NCBI RefSeq assembly: GCF_006345805.1 | Contig: NW_021832119.1 | Coordinates: forward strand, 1-38,202 | DNA length: 38,202 bases | Source of the DNA: Octopus sinensis | Lineage: Eukaryota | Direction of reading: 5' to 3' | Translations under genes and position numbers: made by a program | Notes under the pieces: model-generated | Told to the model about the DNA's origin: nothing | The model's database searches: none | Seen by the model: the letters and a program-made list of their open reading frames with translations, nothing else | Part shown: one piece after another, positions 1-10,320 of the stretch | How the letters are laid out: each line of letters starts with the position of its first letter | How positions within the stretch are numbered: the first letter of the stretch is position 1

Positions 1-150
1 GCAACAACAACGACAACAACGACAACATCAATCATCACCAAAACTATCGTATACGTCACCATTATAGTCACCACTGCAACTAACACCACCACTACCACCA
101 CCACCACCACCACCACCACCACCACCACCACCACCACACCACCACCACCC
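1..150. repeat. Compound (AAC)n/(ACC)n microsatellite
   Basis: Direct reading of trinucleotide runs; purest ACC run ~84-148. Confidence 0.95.
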
Positions 151-372
151 TCAGCACTGTTATCTTATCCGCGGCTATTGCAAATCACCTTCACATCTTG
201 CATCCAGATTAATGTAATTCACAATACATTACAAACCACCACAATCAAAGACGAGATGATCAAACCATAAGATACCTTTGATCATAGGTCTGCCTGTTCA
301 ACCAGAAATGACCTAGGGCTAAATAGCAACAGCTACAAGAAAAATGATAACGAGATGAATATTTCGTTGATA

Positions 373-553
373 TAGGCGCAGGAATGGCTGTGTGGTAAGT
401 AGCTTGCTTTCCAGCCACGTGGTTCCGGGTTCAGTCCCACTGCGTGGCACCTTGGGCAAGTGTCTTCTATTATAGCCTCGGGCCAACTAAAGCCTTGTGA
501 GTGGATTCGTTACACACACACAAACACACACACACACCACCACACACACCACC

Positions 554-603
<50 letters not shown>

Positions 604-1006
604 TATCCACTCATGAGGCTATGGTAGAAGACACTACCACACAGCCACTCCTGCGCCTAAAGAGTTCTGGGTTGTCCCACTGCGTGGCACCTTGGGCAAG
701 TGTCTTCTACCATAGCCTCATGAGTGGATTTAGTAGATGGAAACTGAAAGAAGCCCGTCGTATATATGTATATATATATATGTATGTGTGTGTATATGTT
801 TGTGTCTGTGTTTGTCCCTCCAGCATCGCTTGACAACCGATGTTAGTGTGTTTACGTCCCCGTAAGTTAGCGGTTCGGCAAAAGATGCTGATAGAATCAG
901 TACTAGGCTTACAAAGAATAAGTCCTAGGGTCGATTTGCTCGACTAAGGGCGGTGCTCCAGCTTGGCCGCAGTGAAATGACTGAAACAAGTAAAAGAATA
1001 AAAGAG
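373..1006 (+). mobile_element. tRNA-derived SINE family B (CORE-like centre, internal microsatellite), rearranged copy
   Basis: A-box-like TGGCTGTGTGG, B-box GGTTCAGTCC, core GGCACCTTGGGCAAGTGTCTTC, tail CAGCTTGGCCGCAGTGAAATGACTGAAACAAGTAAAAG; same modules at 22780-23183 and 31659-32084. Confidence 0.85.
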
Positions 1007-1039
1007 TATATCTAAGAAAACCAGGTGATTGCCGAGCCA

Positions 1040-1175
1040 CAGAAGAGAGGCCCCCATGAGATGCTTCGGACTGACAGAAATAACCGACAAATTGCCCTCA
1101 AACTACACTAGCCCTACCTACTGTGTTTAAAATAGGAAGAATTCACATTGGTGAATGCATTTCTAGATATCCAAT
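1040..1175 (+). repeat. Dispersed repeat family E fragment
   Basis: Degenerate similarity to 3990-4100, 27935-28115 and 30150-30390 (TAGAAATAGCAGCCAAAT-type motif). Confidence 0.5.
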
Positions 1176-1649
1176 GAGATGTGATCGCCAAACAAACATA
1201 AACGCCATGTAGATAATCACCAAACCGTTACCGAAGCCTCTAGCTGCCAGAAAAAGCAACCAATTTTCAAGTCTCGTTTCTCTGTTGTATTTTTTCGTTG
1301 TTCGAAAAAAAGTTCGTTTTCTATGTTTTTGCTTTTATGTTTTCGTTCTTCATTGTGTTCAACGTCAACGTTTTTTTTTATGTCCTGTATCCATATATGC
1401 ATGTATATATACATATATATGTAGGTATGTACATATATGAAGGATATATGCATATATCTATATATTATTTATATTATATATATGTGTGTGTGTGTGTGTA
1501 TAAGATATGATATAATATAATTTTATTTTATTTATTTTTATTTTCGTCGTGATTGACGAAAAAATAGTCCAGCCTTGTCGTCAAAAATAAAAGTCCCATT
1601 CAAATCAAAGTTTAAAAAACGTGTTTTTCAAATCTTGTTCAGATGGTAG

Positions 1650-2660
1650 TCTACACGCTGAATCAAGTCACAGCCTATTATCTTGAAAAAAGTTTCATAC
1701 CTTATCGCACCTATCAAATTCCTCGCTAAAACCTCAGTCTAGACGCATATATCACTCAAATCACATCCTAATGTCATTGAAACTTCAAACTTAAGTGTCA
1801 CCAATCGGTTAAAAGATATTTCAATCAGATCACTTCCTACGTTTTCAAAGGTCTCATTCAAATCACAGCTCTTAAAGAAAAAGTTTTACTCAAAACACAG
1901 TGGTTCTAGCCCCAAAACAGTTTCCTTCAAATTTGAGCCTAACATCTTCAAAAACTTTCAATCAACTCACAGCCTACGATTTTGGAAAACAATTTACTTA
2001 AATGAAAGCTTTCATCTTGAAAATTTCACTCAGCCTGATATTTTGAGAAATAAAGTATTTCTCCGAATATTGTCTGAAATCAATCTGAAAACATATTTAT
2101 TTCTTTATTGCCCACAGGGGGCTAAACATAGAGGGGATAAACAAGAACAGACAAAGGTATTAAGTCGATTGCATCGACCCCAGTGCGTAACTGGTACTTA
2201 TTTAATTGACACCGAAAGGATGAAAGGCAAAGTCGACCTCGGCCGAATTTGAACTCAGAACGAAATACCTATTTCGTTACTATCCACAAGGGGCTAAACA
2301 CAGAGAGGACAAACAAGGACATACAAAGGGATTAAGTCGATTACATCGACCCCAGTGCGTAACTGGTACTTAATTTATCGACCCCGAAAGGATGAAAAGG
2401 CAAAGTCGACCTCGGCGGAATTTAAACTCAGAACGTAACGGCAGACGAAATACCGCTAAGCATTTCGCCCGGCGTGCTAACGATCCTGCCAGCTCGCCAC
2501 CTAAGCTGAAAACATATTGTCAATATAGTCACAGCCTACCATTTTGGAAAAAAAGAACCTTACTTAAATCACAGCCTGTCGTCTTAAAAGTTTCACTCAG
2601 ATCATAGCCTGCCATTTTGAGAAATAAAGTCTCTCTCCGAACACCATCTGAAATCGCTGA
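1650..2660 (+). repeat. Degenerate minisatellite (~30-35 bp unit, AAATCACAGCCT..TTTT..AAAA) interrupted by a SINE
   Basis: TCACAGCCT-like motif recurs at ~1668, 1760, 1830, 1863, 1967, 2529, 2569, 2602. Confidence 0.6.
2098..2505 (-). mobile_element. SINE family A dimer (full unit plus repeated 3' unit) with 13-bp TSD
   Basis: Minus strand GGCGAGCTGGCAGGATCGTTAGC...GAGTTTAAATTCCGCCGAGGTCGAC...; CTGAAAACATATT at 2085-2097 and 2506-2518. Confidence 0.9.
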
Positions 2661-2788
2661 ACACAAATTGATAATATAGTGCTAGATATTTTATGCTTGA
2701 AAACAAAATTGGGAAAATTAGGTCTGGTCATTTAGAATGGATCTGAGACTCAGAGACAACGAAGTAGTAAATGATATTGCACAAAATG

Positions 2789-2968
2789 AAGGCAGCGAAC
2801 AAGCAGAATCGTTAACACGCTGGCAAAAAAAGCTTAGCGGCATTTCGTCCGTCCGTAACTTTGTCTATCGGGTTCGATAAAGTAAGTACCAGTTGAACAC
2901 TGCGATTGATCTAATCGACTTACCCACCTCCCCCAAAATTGCTGGCCATGTGCTAAAATTTGAAACTG
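2789..2968 (+). mobile_element. SINE family A, internally deleted and diverged copy
   Basis: Head AAGGCAGCG..GCAGAATCGTTAAC; core GGGTTCGATAAAGTAAGTACCAG; short tail. Confidence 0.75.
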
Positions 2969-3086
2969 ATATTACACAAACGTATTGAGGTTTCATAACT
3001 ACGGAGGTGTTCCGATTTCGAACCCACAGTCAAGTATTTACTATGATAGCCTTGGGCAGATCTGTACCCAGTTAATGGAATTTAGA

Positions 3087-3089
<3 letters not shown>

Positions 3090-3152
<63 letters not shown>

Positions 3153-3180
3153 CGTGCGCGTGCGTGCGCGTGCGTGAGCA
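3090..3180. repeat. (TG)n/(TGCG)n microsatellite
   Basis: Direct reading. Confidence 0.95.
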
Positions 3181-3194
3181 TTTTTTGTTTTGAT

Positions 3195-3275
3195 TTATAT
3201 ATCGGGGTGAAACCAGAATTCCGGTGACACGCGCCACCTGAATGCAATGAGCCATCCTCTGGTCTGTTCAAAAAC
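3195..3275 (-). CDS. Candidate terminal coding exon, unknown protein (VFEQTRGWLIAFRWRVSPEFWFHPDI*)
   Basis: Acceptor tacttctcattggttacag| followed by 26 open codons to TAA in unique sequence; no homology recognised. Confidence 0.3.
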   Translation of the reverse strand, partial: VFEQTRGWLIAFRWRVSPEFWFHPDI

Positions 3276-4159
3276 CTGTAACCAATGAGAAGTATTGTTT
3301 AAAAATTACTATATAAAATAAATAATGAACGGATAAATGAGACGAGACTATGCGATGGAAACCGATCACTAAAGAAACCTCGACAAAGTATTACAGAAAG
3401 CACAATAACAACAACATGACATCAACTAAGCACAGCGAACGATTAAAGGGAGACATGATAAAGCTATAAAGGCAATACAAGAAGACACCAATTGAAGAGA
3501 TCAAACGAAATAGAATCAGACGATAAATTTTGCACACGGCACCACCTATGGACAGAGCAGACGATTAAAAGAAAAGCATGACGCAGTGATAATAATAATA
3601 ATAATAATAAATGCATATTTATATACGAGACAGATCTTTGTGTGTGTGTGTGTGTGTCTGTGTGTGTGTGTGTATACAAGCTATTAGTTGAAGAGACGAG
3701 GTAATTAAAGAAATCTGTAACAAAGAGATACTATTTGTAAAGAAAGACACTGATTGAAGAGGAGATGATCAAAGGATAAGGTGGTAAAGCATTTAAGACT
3801 GCAACGATGTAACGATATCAACTGGACTAAGAACTGGCGACGAGAAATCTTAGGAAGGTAAGACTAAATGATATTTGCATTATTCGATATTAACCGAAGA
3901 GAGTAGCTTCCGAGCAAAAGATGACCCTATTCACTATAAAGGCCAACCCACATTAGAGAACACAGTGTTCATGTATCTAGAACAGTACAACAATTAGATG
4001 AGAGGAGCTTCTGTGTGGTCGCTCGACCAGCTGGAAATGGTAGTCAAAGTTCCTTTCAGTCACTACCTACAATCTTAAAGGAAGGCAAGATGATACATTA
4101 CATGATGCAGTCATAATAACACTATACTGCAAAGCATTTTCTTCCTATCATTAGCAACC

Positions 4160-4495
4160 GAGCAAAATTCGTAAGTGGCATTTCGTCCGTCTGAGCGTTC
4201 TGAGTTAAAATTCAGTCGGGGTCGACTTTGCCTTTCATCACTTCGAGGTCGGTAAAATCAATATCAGTTGAACACCGGGATCGATTTAATCAACTTAGCC
4301 CCATTCAAAGCCTGCTGGCCTTCTGCCAAAATTTTAAACCGTTATTATTATTATCATCATTTCCGCCGAGGTCAACTTTGCCTTTCATCCTTTCGGGGTC
4401 AATAAATTAAGTACCAGTTGCGTACTGGGGTCGATCTAATCGACTGGCACCCTCCCCAATAATTTCGAGCCTTGTGCCTAGAGTAGAAAAGATTA
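4160..4495 (+). mobile_element. Two 5'-truncated SINE family A copies in tandem with ATT tails
   Basis: Cores GTCGACTTTGCCTTTCATC at ~4220 and ~4370; second ends CCTAGAGTAGAAAAGATTATT. Confidence 0.8.
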
Positions 4496-4496
4496 T

Positions 4497-5914
4497 TATT
4501 ATCATTATTGAGTGAGAGAGTAGTGCATGCCATCGAAGTGACACTGGGGTACAAATATACGAAGCCTCTACTTAATGATACCGAAGCTATATGTGGTTAT
4601 TGGTATGGTCAAAGAATGGATCGCATTAATTCCGTTAGCAGCATTTAATTCTAAATTTTGGACCATTCTTCCCCTTTGTTAGCATTCCTTGTGGATTTTC
4701 TCTTTCCTTTTATAGTGCTGGATACCATCACCTTCATTTGTTCTCAGATATTTGTATACTTCGGATTGGTCTAGGTTTCGAATAGCTGTGGTAGTATCAT
4801 GTTTTCTGCCTTTATGAACTTCCCTGTTTTGAAAGTAGCCTTTGCACATTTATCAAGTTCAAATTCCATACTTATATCACAGCTGAATTCTTTGACAATA
4901 TTCAGCTCTTCTAATTCTTTGTGGTTTTTGGCAGTCTTAAATCACTCATATAGAATAGATTATTAATTTACTGGTCTAAGATCTTATACCCTCTCTTAGC
5001 ATTATTCAGTTGCATGGATAATGGGAACAGAGCGAAGCAGAATAGTAATGGTGATAATGAGTCACCTTGAAAGACACCACAGGTGATATTGGTGTCTGGT
5101 GAAGTGGTATGTCTTCGTGTATGGTTTTAAATGGGGGTGGTTCTTCACGAATTCATGATTACTTTTAAAAAGTTCACAATTGTTGGAGCTATCTTGTAAG
5201 GGCCTTGATAAGCTCTACATGGGAGACACTGTCAAAAGCCTTCTTGTAATCTATCCAAGCGGTGCTAAGGTTTCTGCGTTTGGATTTGCAATTTTCAATG
5301 ACCATTTTATCAATCAGTAATTGGTCCTTACACCCATTTGAACTCCTTTTTACATCCCTTTTGTTCCAGTGGGAATAACTTCCTATTGTTCAAGAATTCA
5401 CATGCTCAGTTCGCTATTATAGATGTTAATAGTTCATATATGATGGTGAGGCATGTTATGGGTCAGTATTATGCAGTATTATGGTGGGTTAGTAGTTTCT
5501 TCTGTTTTTGGTAAGGGATATTTAATCCTTTCTGTAAGCCACTTTGGGGCTTTTGCCGTGATGGACATGACTTCTTTGAGTACTGCGGCTAAGTTGTGGT
5601 GAGTGCTCATTAAAGGGTATAGCCAAAAATTTGGAATCTTATCAATACCTAGAGATTTCCATTTCTTTGACTTGGCGAGCGTCGCTTTCACTTCTTCAAT
5701 TGTTATATCCTGCCATTCTGGATATTTGAACTGGACATTAGCCTCTTCTATGTCCTTGACCCAATGTGCATTCTGATTAAACTCCTTTGGATTTACTCCA
5801 TATATTTTTCAAAAAATCTTCAATTTGCTGCTGAGGAGGAGGTGTTTTCACAATAATAGTACTTTTCCCCCCAATTCCCTGTAGAACTTTTTAGCGTTCT
5901 CCTTGAATAGTATG

Positions 5915-5915
<1 letters not shown>
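4497..5915 (-). mobile_element. Decayed R4/Dong-clade (RLE-type) non-LTR retrotransposon: RT fragment plus terminal ~70 bp
   Basis: Minus-strand translation across stops and frameshifts: WKSLGIDKIPNFW, AWIDYKKAFDSV, GVFQGDSLSPLLFC, NNLFYMSDL (degenerate YxDD), DKCAK; ends in ...CTCTCACTCAATAAT. Confidence 0.9.
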
Positions 5916-6045
<130 letters not shown>

Positions 6046-6540
6046 AGTGAGAGAGCAGTTCATGCCATCAAAGTGACACTGGGGTAAAATATACGAAGCC
6101 CATCATAACTGCCCGTCTGATAAGGCACATGCATCACAACCATATGTGCGCGTCATGGTGATCTCATATCAAGATAAACAGCACATGGCCTTGCAGGTGA
6201 AGCCCAGTTAGAATTTTCTTCTGGTCGAGTAACCCATCCCGCTCAAAAGGTCCCTGATTAAGGGTTATTGAACGAAAAACCCATGTTTCCAGAGGTGAAT
6301 TATTCAAACCCCATAGAATCCCCCACTACTTCTGCTCGTGATCAGAGATGCACATATCGTCAGCTACTAAGGGACATGGTCAACTGGTTAAGGTCAAACA
6401 ACTGACAAGCAAATCTGTGGTATTGAGCAGAATATTTGCTATAGCCCATCTTTTATACCAAGACAAAACAGTGTACATGATAACACTTCCAATCAGTTAA
6501 GATTAGAAGCCAGGAGAGCCACTGTCTGGTTCTGCACCAG
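6046..6540 (-). mobile_element. Non-coding retroposon segment, probable 3' UTR of a Dong-like family
   Basis: Ends in (TAA)n; last ~60 nt (GCTTCGTATATTTTACCCCAGTGTCACTTTGATGGCATG..CTCTCACTCAATAAT) match 4497-4568, which is joined to the RT fragment. Confidence 0.65.
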
Positions 6541-6585
6541 GGCATTATTATTGTTGTTGTTGTTGTTGTTATTATTATTATTATT

Positions 6586-7095
6586 CAGTAGTCTTAATTT
6601 TATTACGTGCTTTCATTGCACTACCGAGCGCAGCTCTGTGTGCCTTCGGCATGTGCTGCGGTTTGCTGTGGTGCTCTTATTTTCACTGTATTGAAAACAC
6701 TTTACGTAGAATGTCTGCGGTGCCTAGTAGTGCTATTTTCTGTATGTTGTATATATTCGTAAGTCCTGGTGTTTTAGTTATGTAATTTGTCTGAATGTTT
6801 TTTTAATCATACTTAATGCACCTATTATTATAAGGATTGTTTCTGTTTTGAGGCTCCACATTCAGGTTATCGCTATTTCCAGATCTTTACATTTTGAGAG
6901 TTTCTCCGTTTTTTTTGGGGGGGGGGGTGCAGATATGTTGTCATCTGTTGGGAATGATACATCGATTAGAAGACATTTTGTTTTCTTGATGATCTCTGAC
7001 AAATGTATCTGGTCTATTAAGCTTCGTTTCTCTATTTGTGTGCATTGGCACATCTCAGAGTTTGGTTGGTTTGTCATTTTCTGTGAGCATTTCAG
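6586..7095 (-). mobile_element. 3' end of R4/Dong-clade LINE: restriction-like endonuclease, 3' UTR, TAA tail
   Basis: NRPD...CLLIDVSFPTDDN...EKLSKCKDLEI...IQKIALLGTAHILRKVFSIQ* (TGA at 6683-6685), then ~100-nt UTR and (TAA)n. Confidence 0.9.
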
Positions 7096-7112
7096 GTGTG
7101 GCTGTTTGAATA

Positions 7113-7285
7113 AGCACAGGCGTGGCTATGAAAAAAGCTTCCTTCCCAACCACAGGGTTCCGGATTGAGTCCTACTACGTGGCACTTTGGGCAACTGTCT
7201 TCTACTATTATCTTGGGGCGACCACAGCTGTGTGAGTGGATCTGGTAGGCGGACACTGAAAAGAGGTCCACTGTATATGTATATA
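7113..7285 (+). mobile_element. SINE family B head and core, diverged, no tail
   Basis: CAGGCGTGGCT..GGTTCCGGATTGAGTCC..GGCACTTTGGGCAACTGTCTTC, then (GATA)n(GA)n. Confidence 0.75.
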
Positions 7286-7290
7286 GATAG

Positions 7291-7343
<53 letters not shown>

Positions 7344-7555
7344 GAGAAGTAATGGAGTCAAGAAGACCAAAAGGTGTCAGGTAATGCTGAGTAAGTGCTA
7401 TGGACTGACTATAGTTAAGCGCCAGGTTCGATGATTATGCAAATGAGGAGTCCATTGTAGGTCATATATAAGCATGCGTAAATATAAAAAAAAATTAACA
7501 GAATGAGATAAAAATCCAAGGCGGGGAAAGATTTCAGAACATTTATAAAGAGAAT

Positions 7556-7603
7556 GTCTTACAGCTGTTTTCGGGATATTTTATATATCCCTTCATCGGA
7601 GAC
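7556..7603 (-). ncRNA. Degenerate minimal type-I hammerhead-like motif in a Penelope-like relic
   Basis: GTCT-CCGATGA-A-GGGATAT-ATAAA-ATATCCC-GAAA-ACAGCTGT-A-AGAC: 4-bp stem I, 7-bp stem II, palindromic helix III; U4>C and one extra A versus the canonical core. Confidence 0.5.
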
Positions 7604-7650
7604 GGTGTGAGAAAATGGTTAAGCAATAGTTATTCTAGAGAAGATATGAC

Positions 7651-8024
7651 ATGGGATGGAAGCACTCCGTCGGTTACGACGACGAGGGTTCCGGTTGATC
7701 CGAATCAACGGAACAGCCTGCTCGTGAAATTAACGTGTAAGTGGCTGAGCACTCCACAGACACGTGTACCCTTAACGTAGTTCTCGGGGATATTCAGCAT
7801 AACACAGAGAGTGACAAGGCCGGCCCTTTGAAATACAGGTACAACAGAAACAGGAAGTAAGAGTGAGAGAAAGTTGGTGAAAGAGTACAGCAGGGATCAC
7901 CACCATCCCCTGCCGGAGCCCCGTGGAGCTTTAGGTGTTTTCACAACGCCCGGTCTGGGAATCGAAACCGCGATCCTATGACCGCGAGTCCGCTGCCCTA
8001 ACCACTGGGTCATTGCGCCTCCAC
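7651..8024 (-). mobile_element. tRNA-derived SINE family D, near full length
   Basis: Head GTGGAGGCGCAATGACCCAGTGGTTAGGGCAGCGGAC...GGTTTCGATTCCCAGACC; related copies at 19039 and 29280. Confidence 0.85.
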
Positions 8025-8099
8025 TATATGAAATAGAGAGTGAAGTGCTTTTATATCGTGCTTCTTTACTTACTTTGCTAGATTGGTTCTTTGTATATC

Positions 8100-8571
8100 T
8101 TCTATCTCTTACCTGCTTCAATCATTGGACTGCCACCATAGTGAGGGCACCACCTTGAAGGCTTTAGTCGAACAAATCGACCACAGTTGATTATCTTTTC
8201 TCAAAGTCTGCAGCTTGCTCGTTCTGTATCGTTTGTCGAACCACTAAGTTACGTGGACGTAAATAAACGAACACTGGTTGTCAAATGATAATGGGAGGAC
8301 AAACACAAGGTAAAACACGCACGCATGCTCTCTCACAGGCAGGCAGACAGATAGACAGACACACAGACACGTACATACGCACACAGAGACACGAACACAC
8401 ACAAACACATAGACGTAGGCGTGGCTGTGTGCAAAGAAATTTTCTCTGCAACCACAAGATTCCGAGTTCAGTCCCAATCCGTGGCAAGTTGGGTGTTTCT
8501 GCATAAGCTCCAGATCCGCCAAAACCTTTTGAATGGATTTACTAGACATGAACTGAAAGAAACCCGTCACG

Positions 8572-8609
<38 letters not shown>

Positions 8610-8830
8610 TATAAATACATATATATATGTATGTATGTATAAAAATACATATCTTTTATCTTTTGTTTGTTTCAGATATTAGACTGTACCCATGGTGGGG
8701 CTCCGCGTTGAAGACCTCAGTACTTATTTCTTAAACCTGGTATTTCTTCTATCACAACTTTTGCTGAACAGCTAAGTTACGAGAACGTAAACACACCAAC
8801 ACCGTTCGTCAAGCGGTGATGGGGGAGAAA
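8100..8830. mobile_element. Cluster of diverged family B pieces: tail (-) 8100-8330, head (+) 8415-8570, tail (-) 8650-8830
   Basis: Similarity to the modules of 22780-23183, separated by (CA)n/(TA)n tracts. Confidence 0.7.
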
Positions 8831-8855
8831 TAGAGGCTCAAAGACATACATACAC

Positions 8856-8915
<60 letters not shown>

Positions 8916-8918
<3 letters not shown>

Positions 8919-9207
8919 TTTTATATATAAAAGTCAAGTTGTGTGTCTGTCTCCTACGATTTAGATTCCTAACTACTCCCACATTTTGCGGTGAAGTTTA
9001 ACCAAAAGCGGGTATCTTATAGTCGTGATTCATATCGAGCGCTTCTGGGTATTAGCGCGCGTCTACGATGAGTCTACGATTTTAAAAAAAAAGTTACCAA
9101 CATTTTTTCCCATTTTTAGTGCATTTTTTGCTATTATATAAGGGAAGTAATCTCTAAAAATGGTTATACTTACAAACCCGAGCAACGCCGGGCGATACTA
9201 CTGCTAG
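8916..9207 (+). mobile_element. Non-autonomous Helitron (~290 bp)
   Basis: 5' TC after A; subterminal hairpin CCCG-AGCAACGC-CGGG (9177-9192); 3' CTAG followed by T; no TSD; sits in a (TA)n tract. Confidence 0.8.
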
Positions 9208-9213
9208 TGTATA

Positions 9214-9256
<43 letters not shown>

Positions 9257-9261
9257 ATATA

Positions 9262-9522
9262 TTGATTGATTGATTGATTGATTCTAGTTTCAGCTTATGA
9301 GCTGTGGCCATGCTGGGGCACCGCCATTTGGTGTTGCTACTTGGTTTCACTTCATGGAGGCTTTCTAGCAAATGCTATTTGGTGCATGAGAGAGTTCGAT
9401 GCAGCTGCCCTCATCTGCCCCTCCTGCCGTGAAGTTGGTTCATCTGGGACACCTGACAGGAAGAGATCCAGCTTCATTTTAAAGACATCTGTATCCACCC
9501 CATGCAGGTCTCTCAGGTTCTT
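9262..9522 (-). mobile_element. 3' end of an APE-type (CR1/L2-group-like) LINE with (AATC)n tail
   Basis: Minus frame DLHGVDTDVFKMKLDLFLSGVPDEPTSRQEGQMRAAASNSLMHQI..*, short UTR, GATT repeats on +; clade assignment from memory only. Confidence 0.7.
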
Positions 9523-10189
9523 ATATATATATAATTAACAGAATGAGATAAAGATCCAAGGCTGAGAAAGATTTCAGAACATTTATAAATATAAATGAAA
9601 GGAAAACATAATAACGAAGTGAAGCTTAGGGAAAACGAAAAGCCTAAAATATTTGAGCCAGCGATTGATCCTTAGTACGGTCAGCACAACTGCTAGAAAA
9701 AGAAAAACGAGATCTCGTTCCAATCATGCCTCGTTCCAATCAGATTTTTTAAATATCTTAAGGGACACTGCATAAAGTATTTCAGAAGGAAATGTCGGGG
9801 AAATGTTTGTCGCAACTGCTCCATGAGGGTACGCAGAAAGAAAAACATGTACAACACCCGAAGTAACTAGGATAAGAAGAAATGTGTGCCTACATGAATG
9901 TATATATGTGTGTGCGTGTGACACAGAGAGAGAGAGAAGAGAGAGAGAGAGAGAAAGTGAGAGGGAGAGAGAGAGAGTATCTGCGTCTATGTGTCGATTG
10001 ATCGTAACTGAATGGGACATACATAATTAACGAAACTATAGTTGTGACATTCATACTGATCTTCAGCGGTAATAAATGCCATAACCGAACATGACACCCA
10101 TGTATATATGCGTTATGTGAATGTGTGTTTACATATATGTATATATCTGCAGACACTCACGTAACGATATGTATATATATACAAATATA

Positions 10190-10238
10190 TACATATGTTA
10201 TACACTTATATATATATGTATATATATACATATATATC

Positions 10239-10312
<74 letters not shown>

Positions 10313-10320
10313 TAGTTACA
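10190..10320. repeat. (TA)n microsatellite
   Basis: Direct reading; one of many (also 8855-8915, 9210-9260, 11230-11270, 15040-15108, 29820-29900, 30960-31110, 34550-34625). Confidence 0.95.
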
